DNA of 64,000 nucleotides from Candidatus Heimdallarchaeum endolithica (GTDB lineage Archaea; Asgardarchaeota; Heimdallarchaeia; Heimdallarchaeales; Heimdallarchaeaceae): positions 352,001 through 416,000 of the forward strand of contig CP084167.1 in NCBI GenBank assembly GCA_021513715.1. The letters are read 5' to 3'. The position numbers and the translations under genes are program-made. Positions 52,242 through 63,181 of the stretch are shown here, one piece after another (within the stretch, counting starts at the first letter, position 1; every line of letters begins with the position of its first letter). The notes below the pieces were generated by a model, which made no database searches, was not told where the DNA came from, and saw only the letters and a list, made by a program, of their open reading frames with translations.

Positions 52242-52682
52242 ATGTCTGATAAGCTTATTGTTGAATTGGAAGAGACACTTATTCCTTATGCTCTAGAAAG
52301 GTTTAATTTTCAAAATAATCCTGCAGTAAGAAATATTACTTCTAACCCTATTTTCAGATCTATGCTTGGAAAAACATTAGATCATGCACAGCAATATGTT
52401 ACTGATTTTGTGACTTGGCTTTGTAGAGCATTTGTAAGAGTACTCGTAAATTCAAATATTTCTTTAAAATTATCTGATATAGCAACTTTGATTTTAGCTG
52501 AATCGTTTTTAATGATGGATCTTCCACCTTATGGTTATGGTGGTTCATCAAATGATGGCGATAAATCAGATACCAAAGTTATGATTGAAGTAGAAGTTCA
52601 TCGATGGTTTGTCTTTTTAGAAAAAGAAGGCAAATTACCTGGAATATATAATCGTTTTACAGGTGTTTACTCGACTAATTGA
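52242..52682 (+). CDS. Hypothetical protein
   Basis: 146-aa ORF with no recognised motif. Confidence 0.6.
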   Translation: MSDKLIVELEETLIPYALERFNFQNNPAVRNITSNPIFRSMLGKTLDHAQQYVTDFVTWLCRAFVRVLVNSNISLKLSDIATLILAESFLMMDLPPYGYGGSSNDGDKSDTKVMIEVEVHRWFVFLEKEGKLPGIYNRFTGVYSTN

Positions 52683-52690
52683 ATATTTTC

Positions 52691-53272
52691 TTATTTTGTA
52701 GCTTCAAAAATGTAAGTTGCCTTACTAGGACGTTTAATTGATATATTTGAAAAGCCATATTTTTTTACAATATTTTCAAGTTCTGAAGGAGTGAGAAATT
52801 TACTCTTAAACATTAATATTTTTTCAAAAAGAATAAGTAAAAAGTTCCAAAAATAAGACCTATCATAATCACGAATAATGAGTTTTCCTTTTTCATCAAG
52901 CACATGGTTACATTGTTCTATCGTTTTTTCTTGCTTTTTTATGTGGTGTAAAGTATCATTTACAAAGATTTTGTCTATACAACCATTTCTTAAAGGAATG
53001 TTGTTTGATAAACCCTGAATTAGAAAAATAGACTTTGAGGATTTTTTTGCTTGATTTAACATTTCAAATGAACGTTCAAGTATAATACACTGATTTACTT
53101 CCTTTTCTAGAACTTTTGAAGCTCTTCCAGTTCCTCCACCTATATCAAGTAGGATGTCTTCTTTATAAAGATCTAAATAACCATTTAATGAATCATAATC
53201 AAAATCACCAATTAATTTATCATAGTAACTAGCAATTCTTGAAAATAAATCTTTTTTCTTTTTTTTTGTCAT
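52691..53272 (-). CDS. Class I SAM-dependent methyltransferase (UbiE-like)
   Basis: F..IA..YD, LLDIGGGTG, LHH. Confidence 0.85.
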   Translation of the reverse strand: MTKKKKKDLFSRIASYYDKLIGDFDYDSLNGYLDLYKEDILLDIGGGTGRASKVLEKEVNQCIILERSFEMLNQAKKSSKSIFLIQGLSNNIPLRNGCIDKIFVNDTLHHIKKQEKTIEQCNHVLDEKGKLIIRDYDRSYFWNFLLILFEKILMFKSKFLTPSELENIVKKYGFSNISIKRPSKATYIFEATK

Positions 53273-53347
53273 AATCTCTGTTTACAATACTAATTATTTA
53301 TTTTAATTTATCCTATTTTACAAAATTGAAAAAAATATCTTTGGAAA

Positions 53348-54097
53348 TTAACTGAAAAATTCATCATCATCTCTTTCTTGAATGTCTCCTGGTTTGATTA
53401 CTGGCTCAACTTTGTAAACAACTTTTCCTTTCCAAAAATATTCTCCAGTCCGATAGATGGGATTTTTTCTCATATAGGCTAATGTACTTCTAGGGATACC
53501 AAACTTGTTTGAAATTGTACTCATAGTAGCATTATCCTCGAACATTTGAAAGATCTCAATCAATTTTGGTCGCATTTCCTCATCAACAACAAGTTTTCCA
53601 TTTTCATTTTTATAACCTAAAGGAGGTCTTGACATTATCTTCTGTTCTCCAATTCTTCTTTTAATTCCATATTTCCTCTTTTCTCTATATTTTTTGAGTT
53701 CCTCTTCACCTAAAATATCATAGATCCTAGTAACAAGCTGTTCTTGAGACTCTTCTGTTGCTCTAATTTCAACACCAAAACTTCTTAAAATAACAGTAGC
53801 ATAACCTAGCATATCAACTTGTCTTGAAATTCTATCTCTTGTTTGAACCCATACTTCTCTTATTGGGTCACCAGCATTGTTTTTGTTATATGTTCTAATA
53901 AATTCTAACATCTTTTTAAAACCTGGTCTCTCCTCAACATGACTATCTCCACTCACTTCTTCATCAATAAAGGTTTCAATGATATGCCTATACCCAACTG
54001 ATTTTATTTTTTGCCTAATTACTTCTTCTTGGGTACCTAATCCTGATTCTTGATCTGCTGTACTTACTCTTAAGTAACAAATGACATTAATATGCAT
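53348..54097 (-). CDS. Serine recombinase (resolvase catalytic domain plus short recombinase domain)
   Basis: YLRVST.DQ, VSG, RPG, DRISR, PPLGY, NPIY. Confidence 0.88.
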   Translation of the reverse strand: MHINVICYLRVSTADQESGLGTQEEVIRQKIKSVGYRHIIETFIDEEVSGDSHVEERPGFKKMLEFIRTYNKNNAGDPIREVWVQTRDRISRQVDMLGYATVILRSFGVEIRATEESQEQLVTRIYDILGEEELKKYREKRKYGIKRRIGEQKIMSRPPLGYKNENGKLVVDEEMRPKLIEIFQMFEDNATMSTISNKFGIPRSTLAYMRKNPIYRTGEYFWKGKVVYKVEPVIKPGDIQERDDDEFFS

Positions 54098-54228
54098 AGT
54101 TATAAGAAGGTAGGTAAATGTTAAAAAACTTATGTAATACTCTCGTTTTATGGATTATGTCGGCATTTTATGTTTCTGTAAAAATAAAGAGCTTTAAAAA
54201 TATGTAAAGAAAGAAATACTAAAGGCAA

Positions 54229-55044
54229 ATGATAAGTATGAGAAAAGAAGAAAAAATCTGGGAAAAATTAATTGCTTTCTTTGAAGGAAAATCTGTTGTT
54301 GTGGCTTTTTCAGGAGGGTTAGACAGTACAGTTTTACTTGAAGCTGCTTTAGTAAAAGCTAAAAAGGTTTTAGCAGTATTTATCAAAACAAATTTAGTGC
54401 AAAACGAAGATGAGATGATAGTAAAAGAATATGCAAAGAAAAGAAATGTAGAATTAAAGATTTTTAGGTTAAATTTACTAGATAATAAGAATGTTGTAAA
54501 AAATGATTCACTAAGATGTTATTACTGTAAAAAAAAGTTATTTTTGAAAGTAAAAGAAGAAATTGATAAAGAAAATTTTGATATTATTGTAGAAGGAACA
54601 AATTTCACTGATCTCTCTGATTATCGTCCAGGGTTGAAAGCGATAAAAGAATTAGGAATAATTAGCCCTTTTATTGAATTTGGTGTGAATAAAGACCAAA
54701 TAAAAAAAATAGTTCAACTTTACTCATTTCCAATTTTACGAAAAGAAGCTACTACATGTTTAGCTACAAGAATTGCTTATAATATTAAATTAACTAAAGA
54801 AAGGTTAGAAAGAATAGAGGAAACTGAAATTTTTATTAGAAAACTTGTGGAAATCAATTCTCTTCGTGTAAGGGATCATGGTGATTTAGCAAGAATAGAA
54901 GTTAATCCCTCTGTTCTTTCAAAACTAGTCGAACCTGAAATAAGAAAAAAAATCATAGAAACTTTTAACAAAAAGGGTTTTAAATACATTACACTTGACT
55001 TAGAAGGATATATTCAAGGAAGTATGAATAGAGAAATTAAGTAA
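54229..55044 (+). CDS. larE: ATP-dependent sulfur transferase LarE
   Basis: AFSGGLDS, RCYYCK, DYRPG, CLATRI, LRVRDH, TLDL.GY..GSMN. Confidence 0.92.
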   Translation: MISMRKEEKIWEKLIAFFEGKSVVVAFSGGLDSTVLLEAALVKAKKVLAVFIKTNLVQNEDEMIVKEYAKKRNVELKIFRLNLLDNKNVVKNDSLRCYYCKKKLFLKVKEEIDKENFDIIVEGTNFTDLSDYRPGLKAIKELGIISPFIEFGVNKDQIKKIVQLYSFPILRKEATTCLATRIAYNIKLTKERLERIEETEIFIRKLVEINSLRVRDHGDLARIEVNPSVLSKLVEPEIRKKIIETFNKKGFKYITLDLEGYIQGSMNREIK

Positions 55045-55054
55045 GAGTGATAAA

Positions 55055-56269
55055 ATGGAAGTAATTATTATTGATCCAAGGTTAGCAGGGGCTTCAGGAG
55101 ATATGCTCCTTGCTTCAATTGTTGATCTTGTAGGAGAAAAACATCTTTTAGAGTTTATTGAGCAATTAAATGAATATTTTAAGACTGGGATAAGTATAAA
55201 CATAAATAGAATAAAAAAGAAAGGTTTGAATTCTATATATCTTGAACTGGCCATTAATAGAGACATACCTTATAATCATGTTGTAGACCTAAAAAGAGAA
55301 TTGAATGGTTTTTTGGAATATTTACCTATATCTTCTGTTGCAAAATCAAAAATAAAAGAAACTTTTCAACTGATATTTAAAGCTGAATCTATCGTACATA
55401 ATGAACCATTAGAGACCTTACATCTTCATGAAACAGCAAGTATTGATACTTTTTTAGATATAGTAGGATTCTATTATTTGCTTGAAAAAAATAATTTACT
55501 TCACGTACCATTTCTATGTCTTCCAATAAATACAGGCTCTGGTTTTGTTGAATTTTCGCATGGAAAAGTTTCTGTGCCAGCTCCTGCAGTAAGTGAAATA
55601 GCAAGGGCGAAAAGGCTATTGGTTTTCTCAGATCAAACTGAAGGAGAGTTGCTAACACCAACAGGAATAGCAATTATTGCCTCAGTAATCACAAAACAAA
55701 TAGAAGTACTTCCTCCAATAATCATTAAAAAGATAGCAAGAGGAGCAGGAACAAAGAATCTAAAAAATAAAGCAAATGTGCTTACATTGTTTTATTCTGA
55801 TATTCCTGAAGATGAAAGTAAACATTGTTTATCTGTTCTGGAAACTCATGTAGATGATGTATCTGGTGAGATACTAGGTTCAATCGTTTCTTTATTACTT
55901 GAAAAAGGAGCACTTGATGTTTCTTATTATCCTTTAGTCATGAAAAAGAATCGACCAGCTTGGAATTTGAGAATTATTTGTGAGAAAGAAAAAGCTTCAG
56001 AACTTGCACACTTTGTAATGCTTGAGTTAGGAACATTAGGAGTAAGAGAAACAATCGTGACAAGATATGAATTAGAAAGACAAATTACAGTAAAAAAGGT
56101 TGAAATAAAGGGTAAAACCTTTGAATGTAGATTCAAAGAAAGAATGATTAAAGGAGAAATTGTTGGTGCTAAACCTGAATATGAAGATATAAAGAGAATT
56201 TCACAAGAAACTGAAATACCCTTAATTGATTTGGAGAAACAACTAATAAAACAGTATTATAGTGAATAA
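55055..56269 (+). CDS. larC: Nickel insertion protein LarC
   Basis: GASGDM, HLHE, HG..SVPAPA, ELLTPTG, ETHVDD, MKKNRP, KPEYED. Confidence 0.92.
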   Translation: MEVIIIDPRLAGASGDMLLASIVDLVGEKHLLEFIEQLNEYFKTGISININRIKKKGLNSIYLELAINRDIPYNHVVDLKRELNGFLEYLPISSVAKSKIKETFQLIFKAESIVHNEPLETLHLHETASIDTFLDIVGFYYLLEKNNLLHVPFLCLPINTGSGFVEFSHGKVSVPAPAVSEIARAKRLLVFSDQTEGELLTPTGIAIIASVITKQIEVLPPIIIKKIARGAGTKNLKNKANVLTLFYSDIPEDESKHCLSVLETHVDDVSGEILGSIVSLLLEKGALDVSYYPLVMKKNRPAWNLRIICEKEKASELAHFVMLELGTLGVRETIVTRYELERQITVKKVEIKGKTFECRFKERMIKGEIVGAKPEYEDIKRISQETEIPLIDLEKQLIKQYYSE

Positions 56270-57056
56270 AATGAAAAGAAGAGAGATACTTGAGAAGATA
56301 TACAAAAATGAGATTACAGTGGAAGAAGCTGAAATTTTGCTTTCAAAAAACAATATTGAAGTTGTAGACGAATTTCTAAGATTTGACATTTTTAGAGAGC
56401 AAAGAACTGGTATTCCTGAAATAGTTTATGCAGAAACAAAAAGTCCTAAAAATGTAGCTGAAATAGTAAAAAAAGTTGTTTTAAAAAAGGAAATCTTGTT
56501 GATCTCTCGAACTACAGAGAAACATGTTAAAAAATTAAAAGAAATAGAGGAGTCACTAAAAGAGTTCTCTTTTGAATATGGCCCAGAAGAAAGATTTTGT
56601 TTAGTTAAAAAGAGAGGATACAATCTAAAAAAAGAAAATGGAAAAGTAGGAATCATCACTGCAGGGACATCAGATATACCAGTAGCAACAGAAGCTAAAA
56701 TAGTCGCTGAAATGATGGGTTGTGAAACAATACTGATTAATGATGTAGGAGTAGCTGGCATACATAGATTGTTTGAACCTTTGAATTCTCTTTTGAAAGA
56801 AGAAGTAGATGTTTTAATAGTTGCAGCAGGAATGGAAGGAGCTTTACCTACTGTTGTTGCTGGATTAGTAGATATTCCAGTGATTGGATTGCCTATCTCC
56901 ACTGGTTATGGGTTTGGAGGAAAAGGACAAACAGCTCTAATGAGTATGTTACAAACTTGCGCATTAGGGTTAGCTGTTGTAAATATCGACGCTGGGGTAA
57001 GTGCTGGAGCTTTTGCTGCAAAAATAGCAAAAAGAGTGCGAAAAAGAAAAAACTGA
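56262..57056 (+). CDS. larB: Nickel-pincer cofactor carboxylase/hydrolase LarB
   Basis: R..RTGIPE, AGTSD.PVA.EA, DVGVAGIHR, AGMEGALP, VVNID. Confidence 0.93.
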   Translation: MNKMKRREILEKIYKNEITVEEAEILLSKNNIEVVDEFLRFDIFREQRTGIPEIVYAETKSPKNVAEIVKKVVLKKEILLISRTTEKHVKKLKEIEESLKEFSFEYGPEERFCLVKKRGYNLKKENGKVGIITAGTSDIPVATEAKIVAEMMGCETILINDVGVAGIHRLFEPLNSLLKEEVDVLIVAAGMEGALPTVVAGLVDIPVIGLPISTGYGFGGKGQTALMSMLQTCALGLAVVNIDAGVSAGAFAAKIAKRVRKRKN

Positions 57057-57140
57057 TTTTATAATAAGTATCTCTTGTTTATAAAATTCTATAATAATTT
57101 ATTCAGATAAACTTAAATCCAATTTAGTTTCTTTTTTATC

Positions 57141-58697
57141 ATGCTTTCTTTGAGAAATGTAGAAGCTACGATTAATAAGAAAATACTCGATAAATCTCGT
57201 TACCTAGATATTATTATAACTGTAATTGTATCAGTTCTAATTTTGGTTTTATCTTGTTATGTGAAAAACTTAATCAGTGAAAAAGTTAAGTTTCTTAGTA
57301 AGACATTTTTCTATTCTTTTACAAATCAAAAAGGTGAAAATATTACTTGGTATCTTGAAAGCTATACAGATGCAAGTTATTATTATGAACCTTTTTTACA
57401 AGCTTTTAGCTTTGAAGGTTGGAACCCCTATAAAAGGTATTTAGGTTCAGAATTGGACTATTATATGTATGGACCAATTTTCATTTACAGCAAATATATT
57501 ACTTTATTGATAATAGGATTTCTACACCCCAATTTATCCCAAATTGAACTTGTTAAAGCTTCTATAAAATGGTCAGCAATTACAATTGATTCTCTCTCTG
57601 TGATGATGCTCTATATTGTAATAATAAATCTGAAATTTCTCAAAGAAAAACTTGTTCTTAAACATATTATTGGCTTTTTAGGTTCAATATTATTAATGCT
57701 AGCTCCTATTAATTTATATTATTCAGACACATTATACCTAAATGGCCCTCTAATGACCTTTTTTGCTTTAATAGGATTAAACTACTTCTTGAAAGAAAAA
57801 TATACATTGTCTGGTATATTTCTCTCTTTATCATTTCTAAGTAAACAACTTTCTTTATTCCTTGTAATTCAATTTTTTATTCTAATATGGAAAAGTAAAG
57901 ATCTAAAAACAGCTTTTACTAAATTTCTGAACCCATTTATAATAACAAGTTTTCTTCTTAGTATTCCTTGGATATTTATTACGCCCATACTTTACATAGG
58001 GAGAATATTTGCAGCAGGGCATCCTCAGTTTTATCTTAATGAAGAATTAAGTATTGCTCAATCTTTAGCTAATTCAATATCAAGTTTAGGATGCGAATTG
58101 TGTGCTCAAATATATTGGTACCTAAATTTTGTAATGATACCTTTTCTTGTGTTTTATGGAGGTTGTCTATTGTTTGCACATTTCAATGCTAAAGAAATAA
58201 TGGAAAGTGAGGAAAATATTATTTTATATACAACATTGTCAGTTCTCATTCTTCATACATTTATTTCAAGAGGAATTTACAAATATTATAATAGTTACAT
58301 CAATGTATTTTTTATTCTTTCAATCATTGTTGTTTCTTATAGAATAATAAAATACATGTTTAAGAAAGAAAAAGGGTTCAGTGCTAAAGAAAAAATTACT
58401 CTTTCATTTATTATATTCTTGTGTTCTATTCTATTCACAATCCTTCTTTGGGGAGAAAATTTACTAATTATGAAAATTCAAAGGGAAAGACATCCACTAA
58501 TATTACTATTGATGACAATAATATTCTCTTTTAGTTTTAAATTAGATAATTATAAAAAACTCTTTATAAAGAAAAATTACAGAATTTTAGTTATTGATGT
58601 AAAAAGCTTCTTCATTTACATTTATTCATCAACAAAGAAAAAATTCTTAAAAATGGTAAAAATAATTTGTAAGAAACTTAAAAAAGAAAATGATTAA
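57141..58697 (+). CDS. GT-C fold membrane glycosyltransferase (GT87/PIG-M-like)
   Basis: YTD..YY luminal motif, Y.YGP, SKQ; many TM segments. Confidence 0.6.
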   Translation: MLSLRNVEATINKKILDKSRYLDIIITVIVSVLILVLSCYVKNLISEKVKFLSKTFFYSFTNQKGENITWYLESYTDASYYYEPFLQAFSFEGWNPYKRYLGSELDYYMYGPIFIYSKYITLLIIGFLHPNLSQIELVKASIKWSAITIDSLSVMMLYIVIINLKFLKEKLVLKHIIGFLGSILLMLAPINLYYSDTLYLNGPLMTFFALIGLNYFLKEKYTLSGIFLSLSFLSKQLSLFLVIQFFILIWKSKDLKTAFTKFLNPFIITSFLLSIPWIFITPILYIGRIFAAGHPQFYLNEELSIAQSLANSISSLGCELCAQIYWYLNFVMIPFLVFYGGCLLFAHFNAKEIMESEENIILYTTLSVLILHTFISRGIYKYYNSYINVFFILSIIVVSYRIIKYMFKKEKGFSAKEKITLSFIIFLCSILFTILLWGENLLIMKIQRERHPLILLLMTIIFSFSFKLDNYKKLFIKKNYRILVIDVKSFFIYIYSSTKKKFLKMVKIICKKLKKEND

Positions 58698-58746
58698 TTT
58701 GTCTTGAACTAATATTCTTCTTCAATTTTATAAGGGTCAAAAAGCT

Positions 58747-59007
58747 TTAATACTTGTTTTGCTTTCTTTTTCCTTCTTATTTTTGTATAATACTACTATT
58801 AGTAGAATTAAGTTTAAAACAACAGCAACAGGAAAAGTAATAATGAATAAGAGTTGCAGCCCCACAACTCTCATTAGATAGACCAAATTCTGCTTTCAAT
58901 ATACTGTAAATCGCAGTTATGGAAAAGAAAGCATCAATACTCAGATAAAACCATTTTGTTATTGTATAAAAAATTGAATTTTCTCTTCTTTGTTTTGTAT
59001 TCCCCAT
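58747..59007 (-). pseudogene. Small two-TM protein with an apparent frameshift
   Basis: Shifting frame near 58850 gives LLFIITFPVAVVLNLILLIVVLYKNKKEKRKQNKY*. Confidence 0.35.
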
Positions 59008-59203
59008 AAAAATAAAAAAAATTGGAGTTAATTATATTTTTTTTTCAGTCAACTTACTTTTAGAATGTCATTTAATTGTTTTTTGCATCTTTATCTTTAT
59101 TTATAAACAGTGTTTTTTTTGCTGGTTTTGATTACCTAATCAGAAATACATATATATCTTAAATTTCAAATCATTATTGATTCAATTTCAAAAATAGGGG
59201 GTT

Positions 59204-62200
59204 GTGATGAATCAAAATGTCAAAGGATCTATCTCAAACATTTTAAGAAAAAAAAACATAATTCAAAGGATAAAGATGACTCTTGTTTTCAATATTTTAT
59301 TAATAATTCTTTTATCTCAATATTTATTCGTTTATTCTAGTTCAATCAATACATATTCTATCAATGATCTAAAACAAGAAAACCGAATTGAAAGAAGGAT
59401 TGTTAATAAATTTAATTTACAACATCAAAAACAAATTGACTATATAATAAACAATGAAGAAAAACAAATAGAGGAATTATCTCAATCTCTAAATATTAAC
59501 ACAGAAAGAATAATAGCAAAGGCTAATCAGATACTTGATAGTCAAAAATTGAATACCCCTCTTTTATCAATATTCAAACCTGAACCTTCTACTTCTCTCT
59601 CTTATACTTCCCATTCCCCAATTTCAATAAATAGTAATGATGACTTTATCGCTCAAGCAAACTCTGAAGGGTGGATAGGTAGCGGAACAGAAGCTGATCC
59701 TTATATTATTTCTGGATTGAATATCACATCTAACACAGAACAAGGAATTTCAATTTATAACACAACTCTATTCTTTAATATTGAGGATTGTATAATTACA
59801 GGAGGAACAGAAGGAATACATTTTCATCTTGTTTCGAATGCAAAAGTAATTAACACCTTTATTACAAATTCTTCAGAAAATAGTGTTGGTTTTTATACTT
59901 CTTCAAAAATACTGATTGACAATTGTTCAATCTCTGGATCTAATGTAGGAATGAATATACAGTCCTCAGAAGAGATAGAAATAAATTCATGTAAAATATT
60001 TGATACTAATGACAATGGTGTTCAAATAGCTGAAAATTCAAGATACATAACTGGAATAAATAATGTTTTTCGAAATGTTCTTTTTGGATTTCAAGTAATG
60101 CACAGGTGTTATAATATTACAATAACTGGAAACCAATTTTACGAAATGATAAATGCTGATGCTGTTCTTTCTGATTGGGAAAGTTCATGGAATTTCACTA
60201 TCTCTGGGAATTTACTTTTTAACAAATCTAGAATAGCAATTAACGAATATTCATATAACAATATTGTCTCAAATAACACTTTTTATGGAGGTACATTGTT
60301 TATTAGAGGAGATAACAATAAAGTATTTAACAACTTATTTATCTCCGACGGTGAAGTTTTTGGTCAAATAACTCTTAACGATGGAAATTTCAATGAGATA
60401 AAAGAAAACATAATGGAAGCAAGTATAAGTATATCTAACTTAACCAACACTTTTATTGAAAATAATATTATCAGCTCTTTAGCAGTTTATCAAGATGGAA
60501 TAAGTATTTTTGGTTCAAGTTATATAACCGTAAAAAACAATACGATACATCACATTACCAAAGGAAATGGAATAAGTGTTTCAGAAAGCTTTGAAATAGA
60601 CATGATTGACAACTCAATTGGTTTTATAGGAACAGAAAGTGATCCAAGAGAAGGTATTAACCTATATTTATCTTCTAATCTTTCAATTATCAATAATGAA
60701 ATCTCTAATGCTACAAGAATGGGTATGGCCAGTTACAAAACTAATTCTACTACTATAGAAAACAACTTTTTCTACAATATAAGTTTGTACGGTTTACATT
60801 TTCCTGCACCAAATTATAATATTATCATTCAAAACAATACTTTTGAAAATATGCTTGATCGAGCTATTGACATTGGGGGAACAAATAATATTATTCAGTA
60901 TAATACGATAAAGCATTGCAAAGATTGTGGAATAACATTACCCTCTTTCTCATTTAGTAAGATAATTAACAATACTATTAAAGACATTGGAGGAAGTGCA
61001 ATATCTAGCTATTGGGGCTGCCTGAATCTTGAAATCGCTAATAATTTTATTTCAAACTCGTCATATGGTCTTGGTTTATCAGATTCTTTAGATCTAATAA
61101 TTCAAAAAAATACAATAACAAATATTTTAGATGTATCTATTTACATATCTTTCACTGGTGATTATCAAATTAACTATTTCAATTCTGAAACAAATCAAAT
61201 AATAATAAACAATAATGAACTTTCTTATTCTAGAGTGGGAATTTGTATGTGTGGCCAAAATATTTATTCTAACATTCTTAATTTATTCATCTTTGGGAAT
61301 ACAATTAGTAATCATGCTGATAATGGAATACAATTGCACGAATTTAGTGGATTATTTAACATATATGACAATTTTATTGACAATTGTGGTTGGGCAGGAA
61401 TTGAACTTTGGGGAGATGAAAATGGTATAGTAGAAAACAATTCCATTTACTATTGTGACAATTCTGCAAGAGATACAAGAGCTATACAATTAGATTTTTC
61501 TTACAATGTACAAATAACTGAAAATCACATTGAAAGTAATAATATAGGTATCTATATCTATGGAAGTAGTAATTCTTCGATTACACTGAATTCATTCATT
61601 TCCAATGCTAATGAAGGAATAATAATAGATGAAAATAAAGATAATCTAACTGAAATAAAGGTTATGCACAATAATTTCATTAATAATAATCCAGGAGGGA
61701 AACAAGCTTCAGATTTTGGTTCAAATAATGTTTTCATCTTAAATTATTGGTCTGATCACACTAACACAGATGCTAATGGAGATGGAATAGCTGATGAACC
61801 TTATTATTTAGGAGGAAATACAGGAAATGCTGATAACTTTCCTTTAGTAGATCTTGTATCTGAACAATCACCAACACATGTTATGACGATTCCTTCAATT
61901 ATTTATCCAGTTTCAGGAATAACATTGTCAGGTGTAGAAAAAATAAAATGGAAAAAAGCTTATGATTCAATGGACTATGAAGTTTTTTATGATCTTTATT
62001 ATTCAAAAGATAATGGAAATAGCTGGATAATGATTGCAAATACTATTAAAGAAAACTCATATAACTGGGATACAACTAGTGTTTCTGATGGTGATAACTA
62101 TAAACTTAAGGTTATAGCAGATGATAATCATGGATTAACTTCTGTAGCTATATCTAAAACTTTTAGAATCTCAAACGCTCAAAATTCAGATTCAACAGAT

Positions 62201-62305
62201 ACCAAACAAACAGTTGAAGTTTCAAGTTGGTCTATATTTATTTCTTTGTCAAGTTTTGTATTTGTCATCTATGCTTTACGAAAGAGATTTTTCTTCAGAA
62301 GATAG
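59204..62305 (+). CDS. NosD/CASH beta-helix surface protein with C-terminal Ig/FN3-like domain and TM anchor
   Basis: HSPISINSNDDF...GSGTEADPYII, beta-helix repeats, NYWSD, YSKDNG.SW...WDT. Confidence 0.85.
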   Translation: MMNQNVKGSISNILRKKNIIQRIKMTLVFNILLIILLSQYLFVYSSSINTYSINDLKQENRIERRIVNKFNLQHQKQIDYIINNEEKQIEELSQSLNINTERIIAKANQILDSQKLNTPLLSIFKPEPSTSLSYTSHSPISINSNDDFIAQANSEGWIGSGTEADPYIISGLNITSNTEQGISIYNTTLFFNIEDCIITGGTEGIHFHLVSNAKVINTFITNSSENSVGFYTSSKILIDNCSISGSNVGMNIQSSEEIEINSCKIFDTNDNGVQIAENSRYITGINNVFRNVLFGFQVMHRCYNITITGNQFYEMINADAVLSDWESSWNFTISGNLLFNKSRIAINEYSYNNIVSNNTFYGGTLFIRGDNNKVFNNLFISDGEVFGQITLNDGNFNEIKENIMEASISISNLTNTFIENNIISSLAVYQDGISIFGSSYITVKNNTIHHITKGNGISVSESFEIDMIDNSIGFIGTESDPREGINLYLSSNLSIINNEISNATRMGMASYKTNSTTIENNFFYNISLYGLHFPAPNYNIIIQNNTFENMLDRAIDIGGTNNIIQYNTIKHCKDCGITLPSFSFSKIINNTIKDIGGSAISSYWGCLNLEIANNFISNSSYGLGLSDSLDLIIQKNTITNILDVSIYISFTGDYQINYFNSETNQIIINNNELSYSRVGICMCGQNIYSNILNLFIFGNTISNHADNGIQLHEFSGLFNIYDNFIDNCGWAGIELWGDENGIVENNSIYYCDNSARDTRAIQLDFSYNVQITENHIESNNIGIYIYGSSNSSITLNSFISNANEGIIIDENKDNLTEIKVMHNNFINNNPGGKQASDFGSNNVFILNYWSDHTNTDANGDGIADEPYYLGGNTGNADNFPLVDLVSEQSPTHVMTIPSIIYPVSGITLSGVEKIKWKKAYDSMDYEVFYDLYYSKDNGNSWIMIANTIKENSYNWDTTSVSDGDNYKLKVIADDNHGLTSVAISKTFRISNAQNSDSTDTKQTVEVSSWSIFISLSSFVFVIYALRKRFFFRR

Positions 62306-62434
62306 GTTTTAATCTTTATCCTTTTCTTTTTTTTCTTAGGATAGTTTATGAACAAAAATTTTACAATTCTGAAAATTATTTTTTATTCATTAATCTGAAT
62401 ATTTTTTAAGCATATAATTTTCTTTGAAGTGTTT

Positions 62435-63181
62435 ATGTCGAATCCTATTCTAGAAACTGTTAATTTAACTCTTAAAATTGAAGATAAATTAATCTTCAGA
62501 AATATAAATTTGAAGGTTGAAAAAGGAACTATACATGCTTTGATAGGAGTAAATGGTTGTGGTAAGTCTTCCATAGCTAGTGTACTTATGGGGTTGAAAA
62601 AACCTACTAAAGGGAAAATTATTCTTGATGGAGAGAATATAGTTGATCTTTCAATAACTGAACGAGCTCAAAAAGGATTGACACTAGCTTGGCAAGAACC
62701 TGTCAGATTCGAAGGACTTTCTGTTAAAGATTATTTATCTATTTCAGGAAAAAGTGTTAACATTGATACAATAAAAAAAGCTCTCGAATCTGTTGGTCTT
62801 ATTCCTGAAAAATATCTTGATCGTTTTGTTGATGATACTCTTTCTGGTGGAGAAAGAAAAAGAGTGGAACTTGCTTCCATTTTACTTATGAAGCCAAAAG
62901 TAGCTATACTAGATGAAATCGATAGTGGAGTAGATTTCATCGGAATAGACAAAGTATTAGATACAATTAGAAAAATAGCTCAATCTGGAAGTGTTCTTCT
63001 AATCACGCATCAAGATGAATTTTTGAAAATAACTGATAAAGCTACTTTAATCTGTAATGGTATTATCCTTAGAACAGGAGAACCTCAGGGGATTAGTAAA
63101 TTCTACAGATATGAATGTACATATTGTGTAGATGAGAACCCTGATTTTGATTTGGAGGAACTTCTAAATGTCAATCGATAG
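62435..63181 (+). CDS. sufC: SufC-like ABC ATPase (SmsC type)
   Basis: GVNGCGKS, AWQEP.RFEG, LSGGERKR, LDE.DSG, C-terminal CTYC. Confidence 0.88.
   Translation: MSNPILETVNLTLKIEDKLIFRNINLKVEKGTIHALIGVNGCGKSSIASVLMGLKKPTKGKIILDGENIVDLSITERAQKGLTLAWQEPVRFEGLSVKDYLSISGKSVNIDTIKKALESVGLIPEKYLDRFVDDTLSGGERKRVELASILLMKPKVAILDEIDSGVDFIGIDKVLDTIRKIAQSGSVLLITHQDEFLKITDKATLICNGIILRTGEPQGISKFYRYECTYCVDENPDFDLEELLNVNR

Noticed and set aside
803-62952. Numerous short antisense or overlapping ORFs in the six-frame track (e.g. 1105-1395, 8489-8935, 39498-39980, 56426-56902)
   Set aside because: They are shadows of well-supported genes on the opposite strand or in another frame and have no motifs.
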